IMG/VR virus record: IMGVR_UViG_3300027797_000021
Coordinates: 27,617-91,616 of that record
Length of the DNA stretch: 64,000 nucleotides
DNA from: a virus
Reading direction: 5' to 3' (one strand)
This document shows, piece after piece, positions 11,145-22,057 of the stretch; position 1 is the stretch's first letter, and the number at the start of each line of letters is the position of its first letter. A program made the translations under genes and the position numbers. The notes beneath the pieces were generated by a model that ran no database searches, was not told the origin of the DNA, and worked only from the letters and a program-made list of their open reading frames with translations.

Positions 11145-11173
11145 ATTTCTTAGCTCTCATGTACTAGTATTTT

Positions 11174-14100
11174 TTAGGGGTTGTAACTTATGAAGCTTGC
11201 TGGGAAAGTACCCAAGCCTAGGCTATATAGTTGCGCTTGGGTTTGATTAAATAATGTTTTTACAATAGTGGAAGACGCAAAATTTGCAGTGGAGAAAACA
11301 AAAATTATATTATATTTACCAAATTCGCCTTGATTAGCTAACTTACGTACGGAAAATTGAGTATATAATGCTAAACCGGCATCTGTTGAAATCGTTCCAC
11401 CCTTGAAACGAGTAAGTGTTATTATAGCGGGATTAGTTCCAGGCGCAATGACACCAACATTTTCCACTCTTATTATATCTGGTCTACTTGCGGTTGAATC
11501 GGCAATTGGAACAACAGGCGGAACTGAAGTGGTGTCGGGTGGAAGACTGGCGATGTAAGCAGCTATCGCTGCCCAGTCTATTACGTCTTCATCGCCAGGA
11601 TCACCGCCACCATCTACTGTTTGCTTCCATATCCCTGTTATTCCGTGTATATCTATATCTCCAGTATAGGGAAAAACATTTGAACTTTCTGAGACTTTAG
11701 TACTGCGTTGCAAGTTAAGGTCGTCAATGGCAGACTGAAAGTTTTTAGCTTCTGCAATAAAAGGTTGTGATTCTGGAATTATTGTTACAATATCAGGTAT
11801 TAATTCTATACCTTTTCCGTCAATTGCTATTGTGGCAGTTAATGACAGGTCACAGTCGAACCCATAAGGTTCGTCCATTCCCTCAAATGAAGTAAACTTA
11901 GAAGATAATTTAAATGGATAGGAATTAAATCCTGAAGAAAATCCTATTCCTGAATTAAGGCTTCTGGTAGATGATGTACCAGCTGGTCTTTCCACCAATA
12001 GGTGAGGCCCAAGTCCAGCTATCCTTTGTAGTGACGGAGAATACTTCTTAGTATAGGCGAGTAGAGGTCCCCTCGCTGCGCCGGATACCACAAATTTATA
12101 AAGTGAATAAGATGATGGTATGTTCTCGGTTATGCTTGGACTAGGAATTACCTCGGCATTGACGAACCCTACGTCTGGATTTGTGACTTCTACATAAAAT
12201 GTAATATCTTCAACACTAAGTTCAGCTAATAAATTACGCTGAAACTCTGGCAGCTTTTCTAGCATTTTTGTTTTTAAATAAGTGAAAATACTAGGACTAT
12301 TTGATGATGTATCTTTTGTTAAATTTCTAGCATAAACACTCTCGGAATCGACATTTTCAAATAAGATTTTTTCAGAATCTTCTAGGGCATCTGAATACAT
12401 TACCCAAGATGAGTCCCAATCTGTAACAAAATTAATTAAAGATGAAGCTGTTGTTGGCTTCCTTTCTGATTGAGACTTGCAGTATATCCCATAGGAAACC
12501 GCATTGAAAAGTAACTTGAAAGGCCCTTCAACTATTGCGGAAAAAACGTTGTTGTCATTTTCAATATTTCCATAATGAGATACAGCGTTATTGGAATCAA
12601 CCACCTTATCTGGATAAGCTAAGTTATATACTGAGTTACAGTAAGCCAGTAAATTAAATGTTGTAGCAATAATATTACCCTTAGATAGGGTGTCTACCAG
12701 ATTGGTAGAAGCGGGAATAATTGCCCCTATAGGATACTGCGCAGAGGTAGTGGCTCCGGCCTTAAGGAAAACATTGTCGTTTGCTAAAGATGAAAAGTAT
12801 TTATAGGTTTTTGGCGAACTAGCATTTCCGTTTATGAGTCTTGATCCAAATATTCCGTAATAGTCTTTTTCAAAAATATTATCCGAGAGAGACCATCCAC
12901 CATTTTTGGTAGAGTCCACAAGATAGTTAGTGTCTATCATATCAACAGTGTTCGCAGTCGCTCCATCAGACATTGCTAACTGAGTTCCTGCATTTAACTT
13001 TGATGCATTTGGACATAGTGATAGATCTAATATTAATGTGCCAAATTTATTACCCGTAAAATCATTAATTTTTTCTGCCTGTTCACGAGTAATCTCTGCG
13101 TCAGGAGACCAGACTAAAACATCATACCCAGAAATATCCGTTGTATCTATGTTCACTTTCCAATAGTCAGCTTGATTTTTATTTATACCATTTTGTGCTA
13201 ATGGATTGGTGAATTTTAGACGAGTAAGATTGAAGGGTGAGTTTTCAAGTCTATATATTGCGTATGGATTTGTATTTCCATTGTTTGTATTTTGGCTGTT
13301 TGAGCTCGTGCATAGCACTGCTGCTTTTACAGTTCTAGAAAAAGTTCCCGAAGATATGTCAGACTCAACACCATAGTAAACTTGATTAAAATTGAGGCTT
13401 CTTTTAGTTCTTGCTATTATTCGCCAGTTAAAAACTTCATAAGTTCTATAATCTTTAATAGCTTTACTGGGCACTATAACCTGGTAGCCATTTTCTATTG
13501 GTTGATTATTCAAATTGATATTAGTATATTTTTGATCTATTTTTTTTATAGAAAAATTCTTTGAGCCATAGTAGTTTGGATCGATTACAAATGACTCTTC
13601 GGGAAGTTCCTTGAAATATTTAACAGGATTTATTGTTTCGGAATATCGTAACTGAAATCCAAATACATTTCCAAGTTCATCTGATTCAACTTTATTGTAC
13701 ATTAATTTTAAGTTTATTGGTTGTTGTGGGTCTAGAAATACTAAAATTCTATAAGGAATTTCCGGGAGAGAAGTGTTATTTTCTGTCCTGAATGGTTCTA
13801 GTAAAATCTTATATTTTCTTTTATTTGTAATTGGATTAATATAATCTTTTCCAAATTCATCTAATACTTTTATGCCTAGGCTAATGATTATATCATCACT
13901 AATATAATCATCCAAAGATATTAGGGAAATAGATGATGGAGCTATCGCAAAGTATCTACTTGTATAGAAATAATGGCTAAATGAATCTGGATTTACTTGA
14001 TTTAAATCCAATAGTTCAGAGACTGTTTTCTTGTGTACGAAAGAATTACTGATTGTTATATTTTCCGTTGCAATAGAAGATGAACCATTTAACCTTCTTA

Positions 14101-14320
14101 AAATACCTAGCTCATCTGCGTACATGATTTCTGAGGAAGATGTTTCTTTAATCTTATTTTCTATAATTATTTCTGAAACATCTGTAATAAATACATTTTT
14201 TGCCGGACTAATTGATTCCGAAGTAAACCAAGATATACCTGCGGCATGCAACGGGACCTTTGCCCCTATCTTTGTTGCTTTTTCCTTGCCAGAAGTAGTT
14301 AGATTGTCAAATATTTCCAT
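11174..14320 (-). CDS. Large virion structural protein, baseplate region
   Basis: 1048-aa ORF abutting the upstream gene; beta-rich and Ser/Asn-rich. Function is assigned by position only. Confidence 0.5.
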   Translation of the reverse strand: MEIFDNLTTSGKEKATKIGAKVPLHAAGISWFTSESISPAKNVFITDVSEIIIENKIKETSSSEIMYADELGILRRLNGSSSIATENITISNSFVHKKTVSELLDLNQVNPDSFSHYFYTSRYFAIAPSSISLISLDDYISDDIIISLGIKVLDEFGKDYINPITNKRKYKILLEPFRTENNTSLPEIPYRILVFLDPQQPINLKLMYNKVESDELGNVFGFQLRYSETINPVKYFKELPEESFVIDPNYYGSKNFSIKKIDQKYTNINLNNQPIENGYQVIVPSKAIKDYRTYEVFNWRIIARTKRSLNFNQVYYGVESDISSGTFSRTVKAAVLCTSSNSQNTNNGNTNPYAIYRLENSPFNLTRLKFTNPLAQNGINKNQADYWKVNIDTTDISGYDVLVWSPDAEITREQAEKINDFTGNKFGTLILDLSLCPNASKLNAGTQLAMSDGATANTVDMIDTNYLVDSTKNGGWSLSDNIFEKDYYGIFGSRLINGNASSPKTYKYFSSLANDNVFLKAGATTSAQYPIGAIIPASTNLVDTLSKGNIIATTFNLLAYCNSVYNLAYPDKVVDSNNAVSHYGNIENDNNVFSAIVEGPFKLLFNAVSYGIYCKSQSERKPTTASSLINFVTDWDSSWVMYSDALEDSEKILFENVDSESVYARNLTKDTSSNSPSIFTYLKTKMLEKLPEFQRNLLAELSVEDITFYVEVTNPDVGFVNAEVIPSPSITENIPSSYSLYKFVVSGAARGPLLAYTKKYSPSLQRIAGLGPHLLVERPAGTSSTRSLNSGIGFSSGFNSYPFKLSSKFTSFEGMDEPYGFDCDLSLTATIAIDGKGIELIPDIVTIIPESQPFIAEAKNFQSAIDDLNLQRSTKVSESSNVFPYTGDIDIHGITGIWKQTVDGGGDPGDEDVIDWAAIAAYIASLPPDTTSVPPVVPIADSTASRPDIIRVENVGVIAPGTNPAIITLTRFKGGTISTDAGLALYTQFSVRKLANQGEFGKYNIIFVFSTANFASSTIVKTLFNQTQAQLYSLGLGTFPASFISYNP

Positions 14321-17300
14321 TATTCTTCCTCATGGTCTGGATGCAATTGCGAGTAATCAGATATATAGTACGGAGTAGAGCCCATCAAACCCATTTGATA
14401 TTGATCGTATCTATTTAGCGGAATCCATTTTGGAGGTGACCAATTTGGTGTCGAATTATATGCGTAAATAATCTCTGCATTGGAGTGCTCATATGCAAAG
14501 CTGGGAGTTGCTAATATCTGTGAGTTTTGTTGCCTATTTATTGTATATATATTTGGTAGTGGGATATCATTCTCATCACTATATTGGATAGAATCGTATG
14601 ACTCATGCCAGTAAATAACATCTCCAGATATAGTAACGTCATTGGACAAAAGAACTTCTCCACTAGAAGTCAAAATAGACGTAATAGCTTCTTCGTTAGA
14701 GATATTTACCCGAGCAAACCAGTATCCCGGCGTGCTTGAGTCACTGGCTGTAATTTCATTAGATATGGTAAATTCTCCATTTGAATTAGTATTAATCACA
14801 TAATCTGGCGTAGCTGCAAACAAGTCTTTTAACGTCCTGCCGACATTCCAGGAAAGCTGGACTTCATTATTAAAGGGTTTATTCTTCCAGTAAATTTTTC
14901 CAGATATTGATACCTTACTGATGCCATCGGCATTTATGTTAATGTCGGACGCAGCTGCCTTAACTGACAAATTAAATGGGTCATTTCTATTTATTGCAAA
15001 TGGCACCTTTAAGATGTATCCTTCGGAAGAGCTATTTTGCTCACCATTCGGGGTGGCAGATCCTATTCCAACAATATCAATTACTCCCTCGCGATATACT
15101 GCTGGTATGTCACCATCATATCGAATGATGGCTGTTGCTAATCCATTATCGCTTGTCGTTATGAATGATGGTGTAGCTGAAATTAAATCACCAGAAATAG
15201 CAAATGTTTGACCTGGCTTTAGATTATATTGATTATCGTGAGATACCAAAGATAAATACATTAAATCTGAAGTAGAGTCAGAGATGTATGCTGGTGATAA
15301 ATGAGCTTCAACATGCGAAAATGGATAATCTTCTTTACTGACATATATGTATCCTTCATCTATCGGATTTAAGGATGAATTCAGATGTAAATTAATTGGA
15401 TATGTAATGTCGTTAATTGAATTTTCATAAGTAATATTATATGAAGAATTTGAGTTTGGAGTTGAGCTGAAATAAATTACTGAATTATATGCGTCAGCAA
15501 TAGGGTCATAAACGTCATTATCGAGATACCATGCATTATTTACCTTATACGAAACTAAGTATTCCCTATCGTATATGAATGGTGTGGCTGCACTTTGGGG
15601 TGTAGCTTCATTGGTCAGTGTAATTTGATTTTCGCTTACAAGTATAGTATCTAATACTTCTTTGCCAGTATAATTATCTAAGACTGATACATTAGATATG
15701 TCTTTATACGCTAAATAAATTATTTCATTTGCGCTGGCATTAACTATTTCAGAGTTTTCAAAAGTTAATTTTCCAGGAGTAGCGGCGTCTTCAAATGCCA
15801 TATTTCTATAGTTCTGACCATCAACATCAACAAGTACGGGGGCGCCATTCCTAGGCGTATTTAAAAGGTTGACACTGAAGAATCTTCCACTAGAAGATTC
15901 CGTAACTGGATTTGCATATATGTAATAATCATTTTCTTCCAGGTATATCCAACCCGTGTGTAGTGCTGATCGCTGTTCTTGAATTAAAAACTTATCTTTT
16001 TTAGCATGTACGTCTATGTAAGTTTCTACATCTTGACTAAACGAAGAATTTAAATTATTTAAAAGCGCATCTTGAGATTCAACGTATGCTTGAACTGAAT
16101 TTTGTGCAGTATTTAATGTAGCGTCTTTTATGATATATACATCATCTTGGAGAAGGCCGAAAGATTCTTTACTCAAATAAATTTTACTTAAAAAAGAATC
16201 AGTATTAAAATAAGAATTTAGCGGATTCTCCCCGGTCTCATATACGTTATCTAGCGAATCTATGTATCCACCAAAAAGATTAGGAGTTGTTTGGGCTGTA
16301 AACGATTCATAGGCATCAAAATATATTGGATAATAACTTGATGTAGCTGATTCGATCAGCAAGTAGTGTGGTGTTGACGCGTAATTAATTGTTGCAGAGT
16401 TAAAATAATTAGATGATCCGAGCGATATATTTGAAGAGCTGAATGGTTTCCATTTTATGTTTGGAGAAGATGGAACTAAATACTGCGAATTGTCATCTGG
16501 ATTAATGGTTCTCCCGCCAATAATATTTGTTTCTATATCTTCTGATCCAAAGTATCCAACCCCATTTGGAGCGCTGACGTCTACATAAAGATACTGAGGC
16601 GTTGCGTCGAATGGTAAGATTACTCTATCTAACATCTCATTTACGTAAATGGACTTTGTCGAGGTACCTAAGATGGTAGGATCATTTTGCGGATTCAGAC
16701 TAAAAGTAGATTGTAATGGGTTCGTGTTTAAGGATGCTATCTTTGTTGAGTAATCGGTAGATCCAATTTTTATATTAGCGTCTTGGGGGCGCCTATTTGG
16801 AGTGGCCATTGATATTTGAGAATTGACAGTTGGGTTAACGTAGTAACTTGGAGTACTAGTGGAAAATGAAGCACGATAGCTTGCAGTTGCAAGAGAAGTA
16901 TCGTATGCTTGGGACACATAATTCCATCCGCCATTTGAGAATACTATTTTTACTGAAGAAGCGTCATTGAAGGTAATACTATTAGTTATAGGAGACGCGT
17001 GAGTATTGAGGTAGATCTGATTATATACTTTATCTTTGAATACTACATCAGGAATGGTATTGCCCTCTTGATCAAATATTCTAATATAGTTAAATTCTGG
17101 ACTAGCAGAACTTGTAGCTGGTAATCTATTGCCAACATAAAAATCTTCTCTATTAGTATAGTTTAAATTTGAATAAAATGTAGAAGGAGTGGTGTAGTTA
17201 TCATGTGGTGGCATTATTATTTCATATGTCAGCCCAACTCCAACATCGGCTTTATTGACATTATTTACTTTCCCAGTGCCTGAGATATGAAGACCATCGG

Positions 17301-19788
17301 ATTTAGTTACAACTCTTAAAGCCAAGTTATTGGTGGGTGTTGTGCCACCAAGTTGTGCGCCAGGAATAGTAATTACATTACCTACTTGGTAGTTTGAACC
17401 ACCGCTGGTTACGGTAACTACAATGTTTCCAGGAACAAAACCATTAAGCGACCCAGTTTTCTGAATAGTAAATACTGCGCCAGAACCAGCAGTGCCAGAG
17501 GATCCCCCAGTGACTGTGCCCGTTACTCCAGTAACGGTTCCCGACCAACCTGCAGTGCCAGTTCCAGTCCCAGGTCCAGTCGCAGTAAAAACAGTACCAA
17601 TCGTATTATTTGCTGCGCCAATTGCGGTAAAGTCCGTTGTACCAACGGTGACTATAGTGTAACTCTGTCCACTGGCAAAATTACCTGCAGAGGTGACATT
17701 GTTCCCCGTAAAACTTGCAGTGCCAGTTCCAGTTCCAGGTCCAGTCGCAGTAAAAACAACACCAACCGTATTGCTTGCTGCGCCAATTGCGGTAAAGGAT
17801 GTATTTCCAACTGCGGAAATAGTGTAAACTCTTCCAGTCACAAAACTACCTGCAGTGACTGTAACTCCCGCAACGGTAAATGTTGTACTGCCGTTAGTAT
17901 CAAGTGCAGACTTTGGGTTTTGGTTACCCGAAAAATAAAACTGAGTAGTGCTGGCTACGGTAACTGTTCTTGTAGTATCATAGGAACTCGGTATTGTACC
18001 AGTTATCGCAACGGTGTCACCGTTACTAAGGCCATGAGGTGCTGATGTAACGTAGGATGTTGTAGCAAAGGTTGTAGAGTAACTGGCGCCAGATATGTTA
18101 ACAAACTTTCTTCTGCCAGCATTATAGTCTTGGACTGTTCTTAGGTATCTAACGTACCATGAATAGTCCACAAGGATTGGCGTGTAGGCATACTCTATTC
18201 CGGTCTTATGTACTCCGGCTATAGACATTGACCCATCGAATGATATAGTGGATTTCTCTAATGATTCTAGAATGAATCTTCCGTCAGAAAAATCTCCAAT
18301 ACCTGGCTGATAATATTCCGATAGCGGAGATGCGTCCGTATCATATATGGCAGGTATTCTAGATATACCTTCTCCGTCCATCCCAGAGTAGTCCCAAGTT
18401 CCCTCACCCCATCTAACATATCCTATATTAGATGGGTATCTATTATTTAAGTCTTCTACTAGATCTTTGAACATTTTTTCTGGCTTACCAGAAGGGGAAA
18501 AATACGGTGTTGTTTTTTCTAAATCTGAAATTTCATAAATACTTGGAAAAGCTTGAGTGCTGTCAGAGTCTACGTCTACGCCATAAGCCTTCCATATGTC
18601 CAACTCTCTTCTTAGTGTTCTCTTTAGACCGTCACTATGGATTCCTGGAATATTCTTAGATACATCTAATATTCTTTGCTTGTATCTTAAGTTAGTTTCT
18701 TTATATAGTCTTTCTAGGCCTACTCTTGCGCCAAATTCATCAAAGTTATTAAATATATTAACTGCATATTGCTCGTAAGGAGTTCCGTTTATGGAAAGCG
18801 TTACATACTCTCTCATGACAAGGATCTGTTTATCCATTGGATTATAATAATAAACATGATCTGTTATTCTACTTCTGTGAAAATCTGATAAAGAATTTAC
18901 AGGTGAAAGGATAACATCATCGCCTACAATGGTCTGGAGATTAGTTGGCACATCATAAGAGACATAGGCCCATGCAAGCATGTTTTCATCGGCGCTATTA
19001 ATGTACGCATTAATATCCCTTAGGTCGATCTCCGAAACAATAGCATCTATGTTTTCTTGAACCAATGCTGTCAGAAATTTACCACCTGTAGACTGAGGGA
19101 TAGCTAAGGAGGGGGTAGCGGGCTCTAGGGAGTCATCAAATAACTTTGTCCACGTTGGAAATCTTCTTAAGATATTCCTTGCTGAATTTGATATTACTGG
19201 AGACGTAGGCTCGTGTATGCCTATTTCCAAATAAAATAGCAGTCCCAGCGTGGATACGTCTATATTCTCAGAGAATATTTCAAGTTCTATTTTTATCCAT
19301 GGCTTAGCGTTTCTAATAAATATAATATTAGAATCAAACGATAGAGAAGACTTTAGCCATGGACCATCTTCCGTATCTGACTCATGCATCTGGATATTGA
19401 AAGAAGGTACTTCAAATCCTGGTAAGTTTGTAAAGGTATGTTTATAGGCTAGAACGTCTATTCTTGAGCTAGTATCCAGGAAGCGTATTAAGTCAGGCGT
19501 AGCTGGCTCATAAACTATTTCACCGGCATTAGTTACGTACAGTGCATTTGCGCTAAGGGGCGTCGACATATCATTAGAATAGGATGGTGAGGTTACTTCC
19601 GTGCCCACGTAAGTGTTGTCACCGATTAGATTAAGGCCATAGCGAGATCTGGTATATGAGTAGTTATTGTACTGACTATTGCTATATAGGTTTACGGGAT
19701 TAGTACTTGTCCATAGCGAATTTCCCGTTAAAGAGTCATATGTTTTAGTGAAATCTCCACTTTTAAAAAGTAACAAGTACTGCTTCAT
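14320..19788 (-). CDS. Baseplate wedge-like protein with an inserted Gly/Thr-rich fibre-type segment
   Basis: 1822 aa directly downstream of baseplate J. FDEFGARVGLERLYKETNLRYKQRILD resembles the wedge (P2 gpI/T4 gp7-type) LD..G...G..R...E.D..YR.RI motif. Confidence 0.6.
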   Translation of the reverse strand: MKQYLLLFKSGDFTKTYDSLTGNSLWTSTNPVNLYSNSQYNNYSYTRSRYGLNLIGDNTYVGTEVTSPSYSNDMSTPLSANALYVTNAGEIVYEPATPDLIRFLDTSSRIDVLAYKHTFTNLPGFEVPSFNIQMHESDTEDGPWLKSSLSFDSNIIFIRNAKPWIKIELEIFSENIDVSTLGLLFYLEIGIHEPTSPVISNSARNILRRFPTWTKLFDDSLEPATPSLAIPQSTGGKFLTALVQENIDAIVSEIDLRDINAYINSADENMLAWAYVSYDVPTNLQTIVGDDVILSPVNSLSDFHRSRITDHVYYYNPMDKQILVMREYVTLSINGTPYEQYAVNIFNNFDEFGARVGLERLYKETNLRYKQRILDVSKNIPGIHSDGLKRTLRRELDIWKAYGVDVDSDSTQAFPSIYEISDLEKTTPYFSPSGKPEKMFKDLVEDLNNRYPSNIGYVRWGEGTWDYSGMDGEGISRIPAIYDTDASPLSEYYQPGIGDFSDGRFILESLEKSTISFDGSMSIAGVHKTGIEYAYTPILVDYSWYVRYLRTVQDYNAGRRKFVNISGASYSTTFATTSYVTSAPHGLSNGDTVAITGTIPSSYDTTRTVTVASTTQFYFSGNQNPKSALDTNGSTTFTVAGVTVTAGSFVTGRVYTISAVGNTSFTAIGAASNTVGVVFTATGPGTGTGTASFTGNNVTSAGNFASGQSYTIVTVGTTDFTAIGAANNTIGTVFTATGPGTGTGTAGWSGTVTGVTGTVTGGSSGTAGSGAVFTIQKTGSLNGFVPGNIVVTVTSGGSNYQVGNVITIPGAQLGGTTPTNNLALRVVTKSDGLHISGTGKVNNVNKADVGVGLTYEIIMPPHDNYTTPSTFYSNLNYTNREDFYVGNRLPATSSASPEFNYIRIFDQEGNTIPDVVFKDKVYNQIYLNTHASPITNSITFNDASSVKIVFSNGGWNYVSQAYDTSLATASYRASFSTSTPSYYVNPTVNSQISMATPNRRPQDANIKIGSTDYSTKIASLNTNPLQSTFSLNPQNDPTILGTSTKSIYVNEMLDRVILPFDATPQYLYVDVSAPNGVGYFGSEDIETNIIGGRTINPDDNSQYLVPSSPNIKWKPFSSSNISLGSSNYFNSATINYASTPHYLLIESATSSYYPIYFDAYESFTAQTTPNLFGGYIDSLDNVYETGENPLNSYFNTDSFLSKIYLSKESFGLLQDDVYIIKDATLNTAQNSVQAYVESQDALLNNLNSSFSQDVETYIDVHAKKDKFLIQEQRSALHTGWIYLEENDYYIYANPVTESSSGRFFSVNLLNTPRNGAPVLVDVDGQNYRNMAFEDAATPGKLTFENSEIVNASANEIIYLAYKDISNVSVLDNYTGKEVLDTILVSENQITLTNEATPQSAATPFIYDREYLVSYKVNNAWYLDNDVYDPIADAYNSVIYFSSTPNSNSSYNITYENSINDITYPINLHLNSSLNPIDEGYIYVSKEDYPFSHVEAHLSPAYISDSTSDLMYLSLVSHDNQYNLKPGQTFAISGDLISATPSFITTSDNGLATAIIRYDGDIPAVYREGVIDIVGIGSATPNGEQNSSSEGYILKVPFAINRNDPFNLSVKAAASDININADGISKVSISGKIYWKNKPFNNEVQLSWNVGRTLKDLFAATPDYVINTNSNGEFTISNEITASDSSTPGYWFARVNISNEEAITSILTSSGEVLLSNDVTISGDVIYWHESYDSIQYSDENDIPLPNIYTINRQQNSQILATPSFAYEHSNAEIIYAYNSTPNWSPPKWIPLNRYDQYQMGLMGSTPYYISDYSQLHPDHEEE
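17551..17860 (-). repeat. Two-copy intragenic direct repeat, period 165 nt (55 aa)
   Basis: tgcagtgccagttccagt.ccaggtccagtcgcagtaaaaaca occurs at 17551 and 17716. The protein unit is AG.F..G..YTI..VG.T.FTAIGAA.NT.G.VFTATGPGTGTGTA. Confidence 0.9.
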
Positions 19789-19866
19789 TTAATCCTCAGT
19801 TTAACTAAAATTAATGTTTAAATAAAGTATATTATAATATATATTTTATTTATAAATAACTTATTC

Positions 19867-21036
19867 TTAATAAGTTGTCGATCCCATTATAACAGAATTT
19901 ATACTAACAGTTCCAGCTGATATATACTTTTTAATGCCTTGTAACGAAAAATCTTGTAGTGGCAGCTCTTTTCCATCGGCGGTAATGCTAGATACAATTG
20001 TATTTCTTATATAATCAGAAGATCTGTTAATTTGGTTTTCAATTTGGGTCAAGGACATGGTATCCCCTATGGTTAGTGAATTTAAATACCTCTTAACGAA
20101 TAATGATGCTTGATTTGCAATGCCGGAAGCCAAGGTCGCAGATACACCCATGGGGATTCTAATGGTAGCTGCAACTGAAACTGTAACTTTTTCTGCTATT
20201 CTAACATTGAATTTAACACCTACTGGCTTGACTGCGTTAACTGCTAATAAAATATTTTGAGGAAGATTACCTAATCCACTACTTGTTTCTGGGACTACTA
20301 CAATATCGCAAGATCCTATTCCATAAGAGCCTTCTCTAATTCTAACATCTCTTACGCCCCTCACTCCTAAGGCAGCAAACCTTACTGATTCTGCACTCCC
20401 CACTGCCTTTGACTTAATCGACGCAATTATTCTTCTTCTAAAATTAGAATCAGATTCTGAATTTATATTAGAATATACTTCTTTTGGATTATTACAAAAT
20501 ATGATTACTCCAGCTGGGGAAAAGAAATTGTGCTTTGTCAAAGAATTAACTGGAGCTACGTACGCATTGTCCGAGAAATTTGGTTCTACCCTACCGTAGG
20601 CTCTGGTTGAACCTGTTGGAATTACTACATCACCAGCTAGTTTAAAGCCATATTGTTTTGATATAAAATTTGACACGTCATTATAAACCAGTACATCTTT
20701 TGGAATAGTTATAGCCGAGCTATGAGCTTTATTTATGAAGAATTCTATATTGAAGGACTGTCTATCTTGAGAAGCGTAATCTGTTATACTCTTTCTTGTT
20801 ATCCCATAAAGATCGCCAATCAGATCTAGATTCCTACCAGAGGCACTAGATAGGTCCCCTTGCGTTATGTTGAACCTTAGTGCTTCGTAAAGATCTGATA
20901 TTTCAGAACTAAAAGCTTCCGCAAAAGCTCTAGCAATGGAACCTGGATAGACTGCCGATATTGCTGCGTCTTTTTGTAAAGAATTCAATATACTTACTAA
21001 TATATCTGATTTACTTTTAATACCATAAACGGACAT
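19867..21036 (-). CDS. Baseplate J-like wedge protein (T4 gp6/P2 gpJ family)
   Basis: ASGRNLDLIGDLYGITRK, ESDSNFRRRI and GVRDVRI...GSCDIVV...VKPVGV are baseplate-J hallmarks; it follows the gp25-like gene. Confidence 0.85.
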   Translation of the reverse strand: MSVYGIKSKSDILVSILNSLQKDAAISAVYPGSIARAFAEAFSSEISDLYEALRFNITQGDLSSASGRNLDLIGDLYGITRKSITDYASQDRQSFNIEFFINKAHSSAITIPKDVLVYNDVSNFISKQYGFKLAGDVVIPTGSTRAYGRVEPNFSDNAYVAPVNSLTKHNFFSPAGVIIFCNNPKEVYSNINSESDSNFRRRIIASIKSKAVGSAESVRFAALGVRGVRDVRIREGSYGIGSCDIVVVPETSSGLGNLPQNILLAVNAVKPVGVKFNVRIAEKVTVSVAATIRIPMGVSATLASGIANQASLFVKRYLNSLTIGDTMSLTQIENQINRSSDYIRNTIVSSITADGKELPLQDFSLQGIKKYISAGTVSINSVIMGSTTY

Positions 21037-21039
21037 TTA

Positions 21040-21420
21040 TTAATCTCCTAGATTTTGACTTATTGATAACATAATGGGTTCGTCTATATCGGATACTATG
21101 TGAATATCAAACTTAATAGTATCCCTGCTGGTTGGAACAGCGGTAATCTTAATGTTGCGTCCCTTGAAAAGGCCTTCTTTTTGAAGCCCAGCCATAATGA
21201 GAGCTTTACCAAATTCTGCTGTCTCTTTTGTCTGTGGCAGTCCGTAGAGTCTGGATAAATCTATTCCGAGTTGTGGATATATATAGAAATCTCCAGGCTC
21301 TGTCATTAGCCTTAGGTAGATTTGCTGGATATCTTCATGCAAAGAGGATGGAGCCAATCCGAGATCCCTTTTTCCATCGATAACAAAATCTCCATCTAAG
21401 GTAAAATATAGGTCACTCAT
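21040..21420 (-). CDS. gp25-like baseplate wedge/sheath initiator
   Basis: 126 aa; QQIYLRLMTEPGDFYIYPQLGIDL fits the gp25/gpW L.T..GE....P.FG motif. Confidence 0.8.
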   Translation of the reverse strand: MSDLYFTLDGDFVIDGKRDLGLAPSSLHEDIQQIYLRLMTEPGDFYIYPQLGIDLSRLYGLPQTKETAEFGKALIMAGLQKEGLFKGRNIKITAVPTSRDTIKFDIHIVSDIDEPIMLSISQNLGD

Positions 21421-22057
21421 TTACTGCCTCTAATGCTAACTGGTGTGCCTGCTCGAAGGATATTCCCTCTTTCATAAGACTTATCATATATACGATATGC
21501 TCTTTGGAATAATCTGATTGATATATTTCCAGTAAACCTATTTGCTCATTTGTCAATCCATCTATACTATATTCTGATTGATAATTTTGCTTTAATTGGT
21601 CGACTACTGGAGCAAATCCATACTCACCAGTTATAGTAATGGGCTTTTGCTTTTCCTCCTGGTCATATTTCTTAGCTATATCTAAATAATAGCTAACGCC
21701 ATTCTGGGCAGAATGTATCGATTTAGTATTTATTTTCACTAAAGTTGGTTCAATATAGGACGAGGCTGCATAGTTAAAATTGTAGCTATTCCACCTAAGG
21801 CCATCTTCTTTCGTATGCATTCTGACGGAGTCGCCAAAAAAGGATATTGACTTTGATCTTGCGCTAATAATTATTCCTATACCGGGAGCAGCAAATATTT
21901 CTATATCCCCTTCGTCATTTAACCTAATAAAACTAGATAAGTCGGGGTGCGTTAGTCCAACTTCTCTATCGGAAAATTCTTTTCTTTTTTTCATTTCAGA
22001 AGATACAGGTAGAGCTGGATCTTGGTAATTAATATTATTCATTGACCGTCTGCTCAT
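21413..22057 (-). CDS. Putative spike-associated protein
   Basis: 214 aa between the OB-fold spike gene and gp25; HPDLSSFIRLNDEGDIEIFA resembles spike beta-helix strands. Confidence 0.45.
   Translation of the reverse strand: MSRRSMNNINYQDPALPVSSEMKKRKEFSDREVGLTHPDLSSFIRLNDEGDIEIFAAPGIGIIISARSKSISFFGDSVRMHTKEDGLRWNSYNFNYAASSYIEPTLVKINTKSIHSAQNGVSYYLDIAKKYDQEEKQKPITITGEYGFAPVVDQLKQNYQSEYSIDGLTNEQIGLLEIYQSDYSKEHIVYMISLMKEGISFEQAHQLALEAVNE

Noticed and set aside
17551-17860. The direct repeat as a CRISPR array or DGR template
   Set aside because: There are only two in-frame copies encoding a protein repeat, with no spacers, and the differences are not adenine-specific.
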